Shown here: piece by piece, positions 27,151 to 39,490 of the stretch
How the letters are laid out: every line of letters starts with the position of its first letter
How positions within the stretch are numbered: the stretch's first letter is position 1
NCBI RefSeq assembly: GCF_964355755.1
Contig: NC_092680.1
Location: forward strand, 2,418,001-2,482,000
Source of the DNA: Antedon mediterranea
Taxonomy: Eukaryota; Animalia; Echinodermata
DNA: 64,000 nt
Direction: 5' to 3'
Translations under genes and position numbers: made by a program
The notes under the pieces: model-generated
What the model was told of the DNA's origin: nothing
What the model saw: only the letters and a program-made list of their open reading frames with translations
The model's database searches: none

Positions 27151-27799
27151 AAACTCAACAGTTCTTTTCAGAATTAATATACGTGGTGTACCGCAAACTA
27201 TATCAACATTCTTACTAGTACATTACACAATTTGTATTCCTTTTTAACAAATTAAAATTTAAACACATTAGAAGAATATTTCATTATATTTTACAGTGGT
27301 TTATACTTTAAATTAAAGTTTGACCAAGTAATACATGTTTATAAAAGGGCTTACTTGTCCGAGATTGAAGGAAAAGGTAGAAAAACCTATGATAATAAGT
27401 TTAGTAAAAGATGCCCATTTGCAGCGCCACCAAATGTGTGGTTCATCTGCCTAATACATGAATAAAACATAGAAAAACAAATGAAATGTATCTGTCAAAA
27501 GCTAGCGTAGTATAGCATCACACAATCATTACAAGTATCTTATTTTATTAGCTTTAAGTTGGCGGTGGCCTACATACACTCATGGTTCATAATTCTCATT
27601 TCTTTTTTAACTCTTCAAAAACAAGCGAAGTGTAATGACGCTGTCTATTGCAAAATTGACGGCTAAATCTAGAACAGTTATAAATCATATGATACGGTGA
27701 TTATTGCGTCTTTGTACAAAGTTCGCTTGATTCGGGGGTTTAGCGTGCGACGTTCATTACCACTGTGTTACGGTATTGGCTTGCATATCTACGTCAATA

Positions 27800-28150
27800 T
27801 GGGTGTTAATTTATATCTGTTAATAGTACCAATGGCCCTAATCACTATTAACCAACATGTTGACAGATCACATACAGAATATCCATATTATTAAAATATT
27901 AATTTGATGAATACAAATATTGGGCGTAGGAATATAAATTTAATGGGTGTTACAGTTTTTAATTTGTCTGCAGTATCATCAGTAGTCCTAATCGCAATTA
28001 ACCGATATGTTGACAGATCGGCCAAAATCTTGCGTATTAAGTTGTAAAAATAATAATTGTATGATAAACATCAGAGATGTATGTCAATTTAGGTATTAAT
28101 TTTTATTTGTCTACAGTAGCGGAAGCTCTAATCCTCACGTTGAAAGATAA
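27800..28150. repeat. Old ~140-150 bp tandem triplication
   Basis: Recurrent GGTGTTA..TTTGTCT..CTAATC..GTTGA(C/A)AGAT blocks (CTAATC near 27838, 27988, 28128). Confidence 0.55.
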
Positions 28151-28291
28151 ACTTAGAATATAGTGTGTAAATAATATTAATTAAGTTTGATCAACAAAAA
28201 TACAATTAAAAACTGTGGTTTATTATTCAATTCTAATGTTGACTTACATGTAGAAATACCAGTTGATGATAGAAATAAAAAAAAAGTTTAC

Positions 28292-28395
28292 AATAATATA
28301 AATACGAATTTGTAATGCGCCAATTCCAGCAGTAAGTGATCAAAGGTGCGGAGAGAGCTCAATTTAAAAGAAAAAGATGAGTTTTCAAGGCAGAT
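28292..28395 (-). mobile_element. L2-clade LINE 3' terminus
   Basis: Minus strand encodes SALKTHLFLLN*, like the L2 ORF2 C-terminal LKTHLF motif, then the L2-like tail GGCGCATTACAAAT...TATTATT. Confidence 0.75.
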
Positions 28396-30844
28396 GATAT
28401 TGGTTTAATAACACGTAAAAATCTAAATTTGTTTGTGTCTACAACATAATAACGAAATCAAACAACATGAAGGGTGTAGCAACAACCAATAACGGATTAA
28501 AAATAGAAATTGTAAAGTATGTTTACAATAAATGTGTCTTTTATTAGTCTCGATCAATAGGCTGCTGCCACCGCATTCAAATGACACCTTTTGTCACCGC
28601 ACTAATCAACGATCATGACCCAGTGAAATTAGGGTCGCAGTGAAACATGACCGCCTGTCATACAAGGACCCCTTCCCGTAGTACAGTTCCCTCGGGATGT
28701 AGTTGAAAAATGCAAAACGAAAAACATCTGAATTTTTGTCATTGCATAGAGTAATGCGTAACTTGTCCTAAAGATGGTCAATGTGTATGAATATCATTCA
28801 CATTGGAAGTGACAATTTTTATTTAGCGGTCATCTGGAAAGGATATTAGATCCCTTCAACAAATTATTCTGATTAGTAAAATAGAGTTAATGCTGAATAA
28901 TATATCATGACATGTTCACCCTTTCAACACGACTGGGCTAGCATTAATAATCTTTTTTCAAGATAGTAGTGCTTAAGTGACAAACTAAGAATGTACTTAT
29001 TAAACCAGTTCATTTGCTTAAACTGAGCTGAGAAAATTGATTGAACAAAAAAATTGGGTGATTTTATTGGTTGTTTGTAAACATTTTTTTTTCCAAATAT
29101 AATGCTGGCATTCAATAACATTAATTTCCTATTCATTTTTATATTCTTGTCTACACAATAATTCACTATACTTTAAATGCACTATATTATAGAGCAACAT
29201 TGTGATTATGAATTCTATACAGTTCTGATAACCATCCATCCATTCTCCATTATTTGATAAATCACACGCTATCAAATATCTTAACACAGTTGAGCTGTGT
29301 AATAAATAGTTATCAATTAATTATCTATTTACACTTTGTGTGCAAACTAATTGTAAAATGATCATCTTAAAATCCATCTATGATCTTTATCTGAACCTGA
29401 TAATCCGTGGATAAACGGATCATATGTATCCAGAACAGCGTAATAATTGACCTAATTAAACAATTATAAATTAAAAAGTAAATGTATGTTGTCTAAATAT
29501 CAAGAGGGTATATCTTCTGAGTTGATATCGTATGTAGATATAGGAATTAACCAATCAGGAAGAGGAACGAAGTTATAACGAAAAAAATAAAAAAACTGAG
29601 TCAGTGTATTCCCAAGCCACACCTTCAAACGGTTCGGCAAAGGCCCGAGAATGCAATTATTATATGATAGAATGCCAGTTAAAGAAACACCGCCATCATA
29701 GTTTGACAAGCTTGGTTGCCGCAAAAAAAGCAATCAAAATACAAAATGTTAATACTACTGTATAAGAGAAAAAAAGTCATAGAAAAAAATAAAATAAAGT
29801 TTTAAAACATTTTAAAAGAAACACAGAAATAACTATTTAGAGATGGAGTATAATTATCAAAAAAAATATATAAAAAACAAATAATACAAATTAAATCAAA
29901 GAAAATATTAAAAACAATACTTCTCTCAAAATGTTAATTAAGTCATTTAAAAAATCAATAAACATTTGTAAAAATTGAAAAACAATTCTAAAAAAAAACA
30001 GAAAAGACTTAGAGATGGAATAATTATTAAAAAATAAATTAAAATAATTAATCAGAAAATAATACAAACCATACTTCTGGCAGAACACAGAAGAATAAGA
30101 ATAAAAAATATTAAAAATGAAGAATATATTATATAATAACCATTGTTTAGTAGATCAACAATATGTTAATATGTATTATATGTATACAGTATAAGAAAAG
30201 TAGATGTGTATTATTAAAATAGCAATCAGTTATTTGGATTCATAATTCATCTACATCTGTTTATTAATGGTAAAATTTCCAAGCAATGTATGACAAAATG
30301 TTTGATTACCTAACTTACAGTAATCACTATCCCACGAATGTGAGGCCTTTGTATGAATTTAATTTAATTCTATACAACGAAGCAAACAAAGTGTATGCAA
30401 CGGACTATGAATATGACATAGATTTTATAATGAACTCTGCACTACATTGGCCTATAACTTACTTCAACTTTACTTCGAGCATTAATATTTTTTTTTTGTA
30501 AATTATCCTTTATTTTTTTTAGAAACTTTACTATCAATCTTTCTTTAAAATATAAATTTTATTTTAATTACATTGTATGGTAATTATTATTATAAATTTA
30601 TGTTTTATTTTAATGTCGCATATTTAAATTTCCATAAATATTTTATCTTGATTTATTATTGTACAATAATTAATATTAAATGAATAACGATTACAATTGT
30701 TTGTTAATTAGTAATATCTGTTCATAGGGGCTATATACAATAGAATCTATCCATTGGAACATCCTTATTCAGGAAAATTTCAATTCAATTCAATTTAATT
30801 CTGTGAGTTCTTCTACTTTGGCCGCCTAGCACTAAACTAAACTC

Positions 30845-30912
30845 AATTCAATTCAATTCAATTTCTTTATTGCGGCAAATTCCATCAAGGGCAAATATCC
30901 GCTTAAACATAC
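30845..30912 (-). mobile_element. Non-LTR retroelement 3' end with (TTGAA)n tail
   Basis: Minus strand: GCGG...CCGC stem-loop, AATAAA, then (ATTGA)n. Confidence 0.55.
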
Positions 30913-31009
30913 TGCATCATACAAACATATACATATTTACATTTAAAATTTCCTATTAAGGGGCACTTTTCAATTGAAATATAAGTATGATTGATTAATT
31001 ATATGATAA

Positions 31010-31087
31010 GATGAGGGGCTAGTGTTGCCTGAAAGCTCTGCTAATTTTCTGGCTGTTTTACTTTATTGTTTTGATTTAGCTATTTGC
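31010..31087 (+). ncRNA. 5'-clipped Penelope-type hammerhead plus downstream pLTR-like sequence
   Basis: GATGA-G-GGGC-TAGTGTT-GCCT-GAAA-GCTC (CT of CTGATGA missing; palindromic AGCT in stem III). Downstream T-rich part recurs at 3634-3674. Confidence 0.55.
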
Positions 31088-31100
31088 TTATTTTTTGTTG

Positions 31101-31262
31101 TATCTCCATTGAGATCCAGCCACTGATACCCACAGCATTGTCATTTTTTCAGTGCTTATTTTTTTTTGTATCTTCATTGAGATCCAGCCACTAATACCCA
31201 CAGCATTGTCATTTTGTATCTCCATTGAGATCCAGCCACTGATACCCACAGCATTGTCATAT
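31101..31262. repeat. Three copies of a ~47-bp unit
   Basis: TATCTCCATTGAGATCCAGCCACTGATACCCACAGCATTGTCAT at about 31101, 31169 and 31217. Confidence 0.92.
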
Positions 31263-32751
31263 TTTCAGTAATTTGCCTTTGGATATATATAATTATATTA
31301 TAAATATTATGTTTTTTTTTGTTTTTTTTAAAATTCAAATTTTCAACTAAAAAAAAATCAACATTTTTCTTCATTTTAAAACATATACATAACAAGATAA
31401 CAGAAAAAAAAAGTTATTATATTATTTATATCTAGTAGTATACCTACACTAGCATGTTTGTTCGTTTATACATATTTTTAATATTGCATGCACTGACACA
31501 TCAAAATGACCGAAAATGTTCATATGTCTTATAAAAATTAAAAAAAAAGAAGTAAATACATTCTAAAATAAAAGCAATAAAAATGCAAGAAATTGTAATT
31601 TTATATTTGTGGTGGTCTCTTCGCGAAGAATCATGTAATATCGATGTAGCCAAACTGAATCATTACTTTTTGTGTTGATGAATAATATGCAATAGATCTG
31701 TCACCTGCTAATAGATCATTTTCATTTTTTAGATAAAAAATCTTAAAAGTAATAATTTGATTACTCTTGTTTGAATCTTGAATGATTAAATGTGTGAAAG
31801 AAGACAGTTATTTGCAACAGCACCTGTTTCATCACGCACAGACCTTTGAGAATAAAACATTCTGAATAATATGGACAATCTAAAGTAACAACCTGGATAT
31901 AATCCTAAAGGCCAGTTTACACTACACATGATACACAACGATAAATAGATATACGTTTTTCAACACAAAACCAACAACAACAAAAAAAGTTTTTTATTAA
32001 ACTTTCTAGGGTTATCTTCAGTTCATTCAGTTAATATTGTTATCTTGTACAGATTCTTTTTTTTATTTGACGTGTCTGTTTGTAAAATTGAATGAACTGA
32101 AATAAAATGAAATGTAACAAAAGAAAGTGTTCCTCTAAGAACTATAGAATAACCATTTATTCTGTTTTTTATAAAAATAATATTTTCACAAGTTTGATGC
32201 ATTGCTTTTAAAGATTAAATTTGTAAAGACAAGATAACCTTAGAATCAGCTTTAAACTGATGTTTATAATTGCTTTTATACTGAGTAATTGATGAAGGAA
32301 CTGACCAATGACAAGACAACGTGTGCCCTTCAGTTACGATTCCCTAAAGTATTAAATGTTAGAGATATTGCACCCTGAAATCAAGAAGGAATTACCAAAA
32401 CGCTCTTGAAAACGACAAAAAATATACGTAATAACAATTGAGGGCCTCCTTTAAGTTATTGAAAACTTGGTAAATACTTGAGCATGTCAATCATTCAATC
32501 ATTCAAATTATAAGAGCTTTTCTACACTGGTATATATCAAGCAATGTGAGCATTATATACAAAATATTTTGATGTATCAGCTTAGGAATGGTAAAAATGT
32601 TTTAAAAAAGTACTAAACAGATTTTCCAACAGTAAGTTACACGTCTTCTTCACACTGAAAAATTGAAAAATATTAAAACAGAAATGTTAAATTACAAAAC
32701 AATTGTCTTTTCATAATATACGCATGAATAATCTTGTTCCATTTCTTTTTT

Positions 32752-33008
32752 TGGAAGAAGATGGGAAAAGAAAGAGGAGATAGAGGAGATTGGAAGGAAG
32801 AGAGGAGATGGGAGAAGAGAGAGGAGATGGGAGAAGAGAGAGGAGATGGGAAGAGAGAGGAGATGGGAAGAGAGAGGAGATGGGAGAAAAGAGAGGAGAC
32901 GGGAGAAAAGAGAGCAGATAAGGAGAAAAGAGAGCAGATGGGAGAAAAGAGGGGAGATAGGGGAAAAGAGAGAAGATGGGGGAAGAGAGAGGAGATGGGG
33001 AAGAGACA
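32752..33008. repeat. Polypurine ~17-19 bp minisatellite
   Basis: GGGAGAAGAGAGAGGAGAT-like units, nearly all G/A. Confidence 0.92.
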
Positions 33009-33661
33009 GGATACGATATTATTTATTGCCAACAATGAGGAAGAGGGATACAGATTACACTCTTAGATTATTCCAGGAGGGCATTTTACATAATGTAGTA
33101 GAAAAGAATTTAGACATTTTCAAACTCTAACAAAACTCTGGTTTTAGGAAAATTTACAACATTAGAACAATTGTAGGTAGGCTTAGAAAGACCCCAATCT
33201 CTCAGATTGATCAAAAACACAAGAAAACTATAGATGATTAACAAACCAATCATTCATTCAAAACCAAATTGATTCACAGAAATATTATTGAATTATTATT
33301 CAATGCTGAATTACATTATTTATTCTCATCATGTTAAAAAAAATATATAGGACATTTTGAGAGCTTCAGGCAGTAGCGTTTAAAAAATCTTGACAATAAT
33401 AATAACAAAAAGAATAACGTTCTGCGTGAATTATACTGAACGATTCCAATTTCATGAGGTAGTTTGTTGTTCTCTATTTTCTGAGATAAATCGTTATGTA
33501 TGTTACAATCTCAATCGAAGATATGGGCATATTAAACAGACGCTTTCTGTTTTCATAACTAAATATGAAATTGAAATACAAAATACTGAAGAAATTCTGT
33601 ATAAGTAGTAGTTTTTATGCATAATGTTATTTTACATATTATGTAAATTAATTTCAGATAT

Positions 33662-33951
33662 ATCATGTATGATTCCAACGAACTTTCGAGTTAAAAAAAC
33701 TATTGTGAGGCATTTGATAAACAGGTAAACCTGCCTTAAAATGTCGTTACTATTCTTATCATCAGAACAGAAATCAACGCCTAGAGTACTTATTTACCAA
33801 TAGGACAGGTTGTATGTAAATGAGGATCATATTGGTATATAATGCACTGTTTTCTGTTCTGATGATGATAATAGTTTCTCGAAAAATGTCAAGACATTTT
33901 AAGGCAGTTTGCCTGTTTATCAAATGCCTCACAATAGTTATTTTAACTCGA
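33662..33951 (+). mobile_element. Fold-back hammerhead-containing Penelope-like insertion with 12-bp flanking direct repeat
   Basis: Inverted arms at 33684-33773 and 33851-33953. The right arm has CTGATGA-T-GATAA-TAGT-TTCTC-GAAA-AATGTC-AA (33859-33892). AATTTCAGATAT occurs at 33650-33661 and 33952-33963. Confidence 0.78.
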
Positions 33952-34849
33952 AATTTCAGATATGTTGTGATAATTTACTTTTTCGGTATTAATTATCTAT
34001 AAAATATAACTCAAATTAGCAGTCAATAAAATTAGTAGGTAAAGATACATGCTTACATATTAGATGTAATAGCATCTGTAAACTGTGCCACAATCTGTAA
34101 TCTGAGATCTCAACTCTGATTGGTTGCTAAGTATGGCAGATGTTAAGCAGACTGCTTCATTTTAAATTCAAAATTTTAATCAAATATAGTTAGTACAAAA
34201 TTACGAAAGTTTTAATATAAAAATGTTTTATGAAACACAGCTTTTTAATGGTATTGTTGTTGAGGTAATTCCCGGGGTTTGTATTAATAAATATATACTT
34301 CATTAAAACCAATTAACATAGTTAAGTACAGTGGAAATAAAATTATTAGATTAAAAATAAAGAATTTGCAAATGATAAGGCAGTATATATAATGTATGCG
34401 CAGGTCAAGGATTTGTGGGCTTGAAAAGGCAAATTTTAAGTCGTTTTATTTAATGAATATATATATGTACGCTTTTACTCAACAGGCATAATGTTTAAGA
34501 TTATGTGCCTGTTCAGATAAATTATCCTCTTAACCCAATTGTAGTGTTACACGAAGAATGACAACAAAAGAGATATTTAAACTAAAATCATTAATTTCAT
34601 ATCTAATATTTAAATTGACATTGCAATGCACTCGGGTCCTCCCTATGGACATAAATGTCATTGACTTTACACTTAGCATTGAAAGCAATCGTGACAAAAA
34701 ACAAAAATACAATGTTAAAGTCACTGAACATGAAATATTTTAATGATTCGGTTATCAAGGCTATGTAATGGGAAGAGGCAAACATTGGTCGTTTATACTA
34801 GGGTAAAATTTCCCATGGCACAACAAGTGCAACATTTACTATGAGTAAA

Positions 34850-35580
34850 TTCAATGAGGCAAGAATTCATTCACTCATTCATTTACTGTGAATGGTGGCA
34901 TTCTTATAAACAAGGTTAGAAGTCCCCATGACACAAGAAGTAATTTAAAAAGTACAAATTCACATTAATGTCATACATACTCATTTAACATGAAACATTA
35001 AGGTTTAATTAGTAAGGAAATGGAGTAAAAATATAAATTATTGTACAGTCTTTTAAATGAGGCTAGAGAAGTCCCTATGACTAAATATTACAAAAGTACA
35101 AATGTCAGTTCACATTAATATTATATAATGTCATTCAACAAGATCATTAGATTTAGGCAATGGGGGGAAAATGGTACATTACTGTGCATTTATTTTAATG
35201 AGGCTAGTCTGAGTGGCACAAAATATCACAAAAGTACAGATGTTAATTCACATTACAATCAAAGCATTAGATTTAGGCAATGGGGCAAATAGGTAACATT
35301 ATTGTGCATTTCTTCAAATGAAGCTAGCGTATAGTCACAATGACACAGAATATTACAAAAGTACAGATGTTAATTCTCATTACAATCAAAGCATTAGATT
35401 TAGGCAATGGGGCAAATAGGTAACATTATTGTGCATTTCTTCAAATGAAGCTAGAGTATAGTCCCAATGACACAGAATATTACAAAAGTACAAATGGCAC
35501 TACAAAATTCATATTATATTGCATTGAACAAGGATCAATTATTATTCGATTAAATCAGAAAGGCAATGGGGCAGAAAAGG
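34850..35580. repeat. Degenerate ~120-145 bp tandem repeat, ~5 units
   Basis: ATTAGATTTAGGCAATGGGG at 35146, 35266 and 35393; recurrent AAAAGTACA and AATGA(G/A)GCTAG blocks. Confidence 0.85.
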
Positions 35581-36329
35581 TAAGAAACCCCATAGTGGTG
35601 TCACCTACATTTGGAAATGAATAATAGTGTTATCCCAGACAGATCCAGGGGTGAATGTTATTGTAATGATGCTTAGGACCATTAAGCCAAGAACTATAAA
35701 CTATGGTTCAAAACAAACTTGGTATGAGGTGGTCACAAACCATGACGATAATCGTCTGGACCACTTTCATTAAGTCGGTGACAGCCAACAAAAAAGTGTG
35801 CATGGCCTTCATTATATTTTGACATCAGAATAAGTAAATACCCCCAGGTCATATCCGCACCTATAATGATTACTACAAAGGTACTAAACAAATAAGATGA
35901 TTGATATTGATGTAGTAACAATAGTGTCTGGAAAAAGTTATTTTGTAAAAGTCATTCAGTAGAAACCAAATTATTCAAGGTTGCTTAAAGCATGCCCTAG
36001 AATTATTATTTACACAGAAAGTTGTTGTTTATATACATTTGTAGTTACCACCCATTCATCCCGTCCTTGGACAAAGTTAGTAACCTTTACAAACGAAAAC
36101 TCTAAAAATAGATCCACTAAACCACCTACCTCAGCCTACTTTTACATAATTTGTTTATTTTTTTCCACACTAATCATTTGCTTGTTTGAAATAAACAATG
36201 TATTGAGAGTTGATACATTTTTAAACATCACAGTAAATTACAGAATTATCATCCCGTCGCGTCGGTGCAGTACCGGTTTCTGCCCTGGGCTCACATCCAA
36301 CCCTAGCAATCAGTGTAAGTTTGTATTAA

Positions 36330-36378
36330 CATGCTAGTGATCTGGAGGTTGTGGGTTGAGTTCCACCTGAGACTACAT
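36330..36378 (+). mobile_element. Degenerate tRNA-derived SINE head
   Basis: TAGTGATCTGGAGGTTGTGGGTTGAGTTCCACC: T-arm-like stem with a decayed B box. Confidence 0.35.
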
Positions 36379-37943
36379 TTGAAAAAAACTTAAGGTTTAT
36401 TTAATACTATACTTTAAATAACATAGCTGCCAAATTGCTAAAAGTGGGACCAAAGAGGATAGTATAGGAAGATATTTCTGTTGTATATTTTGTATTATGT
36501 AAATTGTGTCTAAAAAATCGAAAATAAAAATACATTTAAATACTTCTACATGAAGTAAAAGTCATATTTTATACAGATAAAAATGACTGACAGCAATTTT
36601 TTTTATTAAATAATAAATGTGATAATGTACCCCAGTGAAAAGGTAGGTGATAAACATAACAGATAATAACTTTTAAAAATATACACAATTTTTACAATCA
36701 TATAATTTATTTATGACAAATTTCATGTAAACTAATTATTTTTCTGTCATGGGATTTACATCGATTGTTTATTCATGATGTTAAAAATGTTTTTATTTTA
36801 TAAAACTAGAAAAAAAATATCAAAATGTGGTAACAAATGATGATTTTTTCTCATGTTTAGGTGATTTTCAATTGACATCCAAATTCGACAAAATTATGAG
36901 GAATTTAATTGCTATTTTTGTGCCACCTGCTATGATAAAGAAAAAAAACATTTCATTCATATAGCTAAGTCATTATTATGTCATTGGCGTCCATTGATTT
37001 ATCATCTAAAATAAAAAAGAGATTTTATTTTGGTGAAGCATTCAAATTTACAGCCAAGGTGTGTTTTACTCAAATGTTTTTAGCATGGCACTGTGGCTCC
37101 ATTGGTATAATCTGAATGTCCACAATTGAAGATGAATGTATAATGTTAAACATAATGTTGTTTAAAGTTCTCAGCACATACAAGAACACTTTCGACAATC
37201 AGCTATTGAGTCAAGTTAAAATACTGGTGATTATTGTTCCAAAAACTAAATGTGACAAATGATTTTACCAATAACCTAACACAACATTCAAATATATTTA
37301 ATCATTTTTTTAAACTTTTTTATCTAGTAAAATCTAAAATATTTGTACAACTATTAAGCTATCATTCTTTGCTTCTTCTATGTCCTCTAAGGGTGTTCGC
37401 AAATCGATTGTCCCAATTTTTACTTTGTGATGCTCTAATTCTTTCATATAATATTGCTAAAAGTATATATATTAGAGTTGTAAAGGAGCGGCATATCAAT
37501 CAAACCTCCCAACATGATTACATTCTAGCGTGTAAATGTATTTTATGACTTGCCCCAGGCAGTAGTTCAACCGTGCATTGCTACGACAACTGCACATATA
37601 AAACAATATTTAATGATATTGTGTGATGACAAACAATGTGATGCAAAAATAAAGTAAAATTTAAATGTATGTATAGAGTCGGTAACTGTTGCGTGGGCAT
37701 AATAAATACAACGATAAATTTAAGAGTTGTATTAACACAAAGACGATTTTTCCTTGTTTCCTAGTAAAAGGCAATAGTATATTCTTAGAAATTACAAAAA
37801 AAAAGTTTAGTTGTCTGGCGATAGTCGTAGAACAATGCATATGAAGTATGCCCTCAATTGGTTCTAGTGGACGTATCACTTATTTATTTACTAAAATTAA
37901 TATTATGCAAACATGTGTTACTTTAAACATCTATTATGGCTAA

Positions 37944-38085
37944 AGCTCTGTCTACACTATCAAACTAGTTTGAAAAAAAAAGTGTGATTGCCTAAATATC
38001 ATAGTGATATGACATTATCATGTCCATGTAGGGCCACATCATGTTTTTTTTTTGTCACATAAAATGTGATAGTGTAGACAGAGCT
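37944..38085. mobile_element. MITE family A, full length
   Basis: Perfect TIR AGCTCTGTCTACACTATCA / TGATAGTGTAGACAGAGCT; flanks TAA..TTA. Confidence 0.9.
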
Positions 38086-38147
38086 TTAACTTTAATAGTG
38101 GACCTCCCAGCAAACTGTGAATGCTGTACACGCCTTCTAGAGATCTG

Positions 38148-38187
38148 TTTTTTTTGTCACATAAAGTTTGATAGTGTAGACAGAGCT
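38148..38187. mobile_element. MITE family A, extra 3' end
   Basis: TTTTGTCACATAAAGTTTGATAGTGTAGACAGAGCT. Confidence 0.85.
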
Positions 38188-39223
38188 TTAAGAACGTATT
38201 ATTAATTTTTGCTTATATAGCACTTAAATGTAATGGTACCACAGAACAGGAGAAGGAACTATCTCTAGAGCAATGATGTATGGCTGCTATGAATTGTAAC
38301 AATAAAGCTTGGTTCAAAAAGGAGTATCTTAATAGTAAATATGCTGTATAGCTCCCTCATATGATCTAAATTTGCTAAAATTAACGCTTTTTTCATGAGA
38401 TCATCTTTAAAATTAGATAAAATATGTAGTTTGGTCAAAGGTCAAATCTATAATGTTATAGTGTAAATTACTAAACACATATTTATAAAGTCAGTTTCAG
38501 AAAAATAAATAATTAATTCACAAATATTATGTTAATTATTTTGGAAAAGAATATGGAAATTAAAACTGTACTTTATTAGCGAAAAACAAATTATAATTTT
38601 TTGAAAATATTACCTTGCATTTCAGACAATAATTTAAGCGATTTTTAGAAGGAGAATAATCATTACCCCCTCTATAGTCTTTAATCTTATTTGTAATTTT
38701 TTTTAAAAATGAGAATGCAAAAAAAAAAAAATTAAACTTTGTTGATCTTTATCATAACATTTGAAATGTTTTAAAAGGTTGAACTTAGATTTTTATAGTA
38801 TCCCCCATGCAGCTAGCATTGTCAACATGATTTAAGAGCACAGAGACAGGGGAAAAAGTAATTTAAGTCCTCTATAAGCTTTCCAGATATGCCTCGTTCC
38901 AATAACACAGAAACAACATTAGGGCTACAAATCATACTAGAAGCATTAGTTTACTGTTTAACATACAGGTTCCTATTCGATGACCCTTCATACTCAACTA
39001 GAGCATGGTAGGTCGGCATAAATGGATAACCAATGTAATAATATGCAAATGACTTGCATTTTTTAAAGGATAAATCAACGAGACTGAGAGAATAGTCATA
39101 CATGTTTTATTGTGTACAATGTAAAAAAGATAGTGTAATAGTTAGAATAGATGTATATTGAGGATAATTTTGATTTGAATAAAAATAAAATTCTGATAGC
39201 AATTAATCAAACAACTGTGTTTT

Positions 39224-39490
39224 GCGCTGAGCTAACAGTTACACAGTGTTGCAGCTTAAAGTTACACAGCGTTGCATCTAAAAGTTATACAGCGTTGCAG
39301 CTAAAAGTTACATAGGGCTGCAGCTAAACGTTACATAGCGCTGCAGCTAAAAGTTACACAGCATTGCAGCTAACAGTTACACAGCGTTGCAGCTAACAGT
39401 TACACAGCGTTGCAGCCAACAGTTAAACAGCGTTGCAGCTAAAAGTTACACAGTGATGCAGCTAAAATTTAGTGTTGCCGCTAAAAGTTA
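39224..39490. repeat. 22-23 bp minisatellite, ~11 units
   Basis: Unit GCAGCTAAAAGTTACACAGCGTT. Confidence 0.95.

Noticed and set aside
29500-29733. 77-aa minus ORF in a slightly GC-richer patch
   Set aside because: Non-ATG start, no convincing splice sites, no recognisable homology.
32673-33130. Glu/Arg/Gly-rich and Ser/Pro/Leu-rich ORFs
   Set aside because: The polypurine repeat lacks stop codons by composition.
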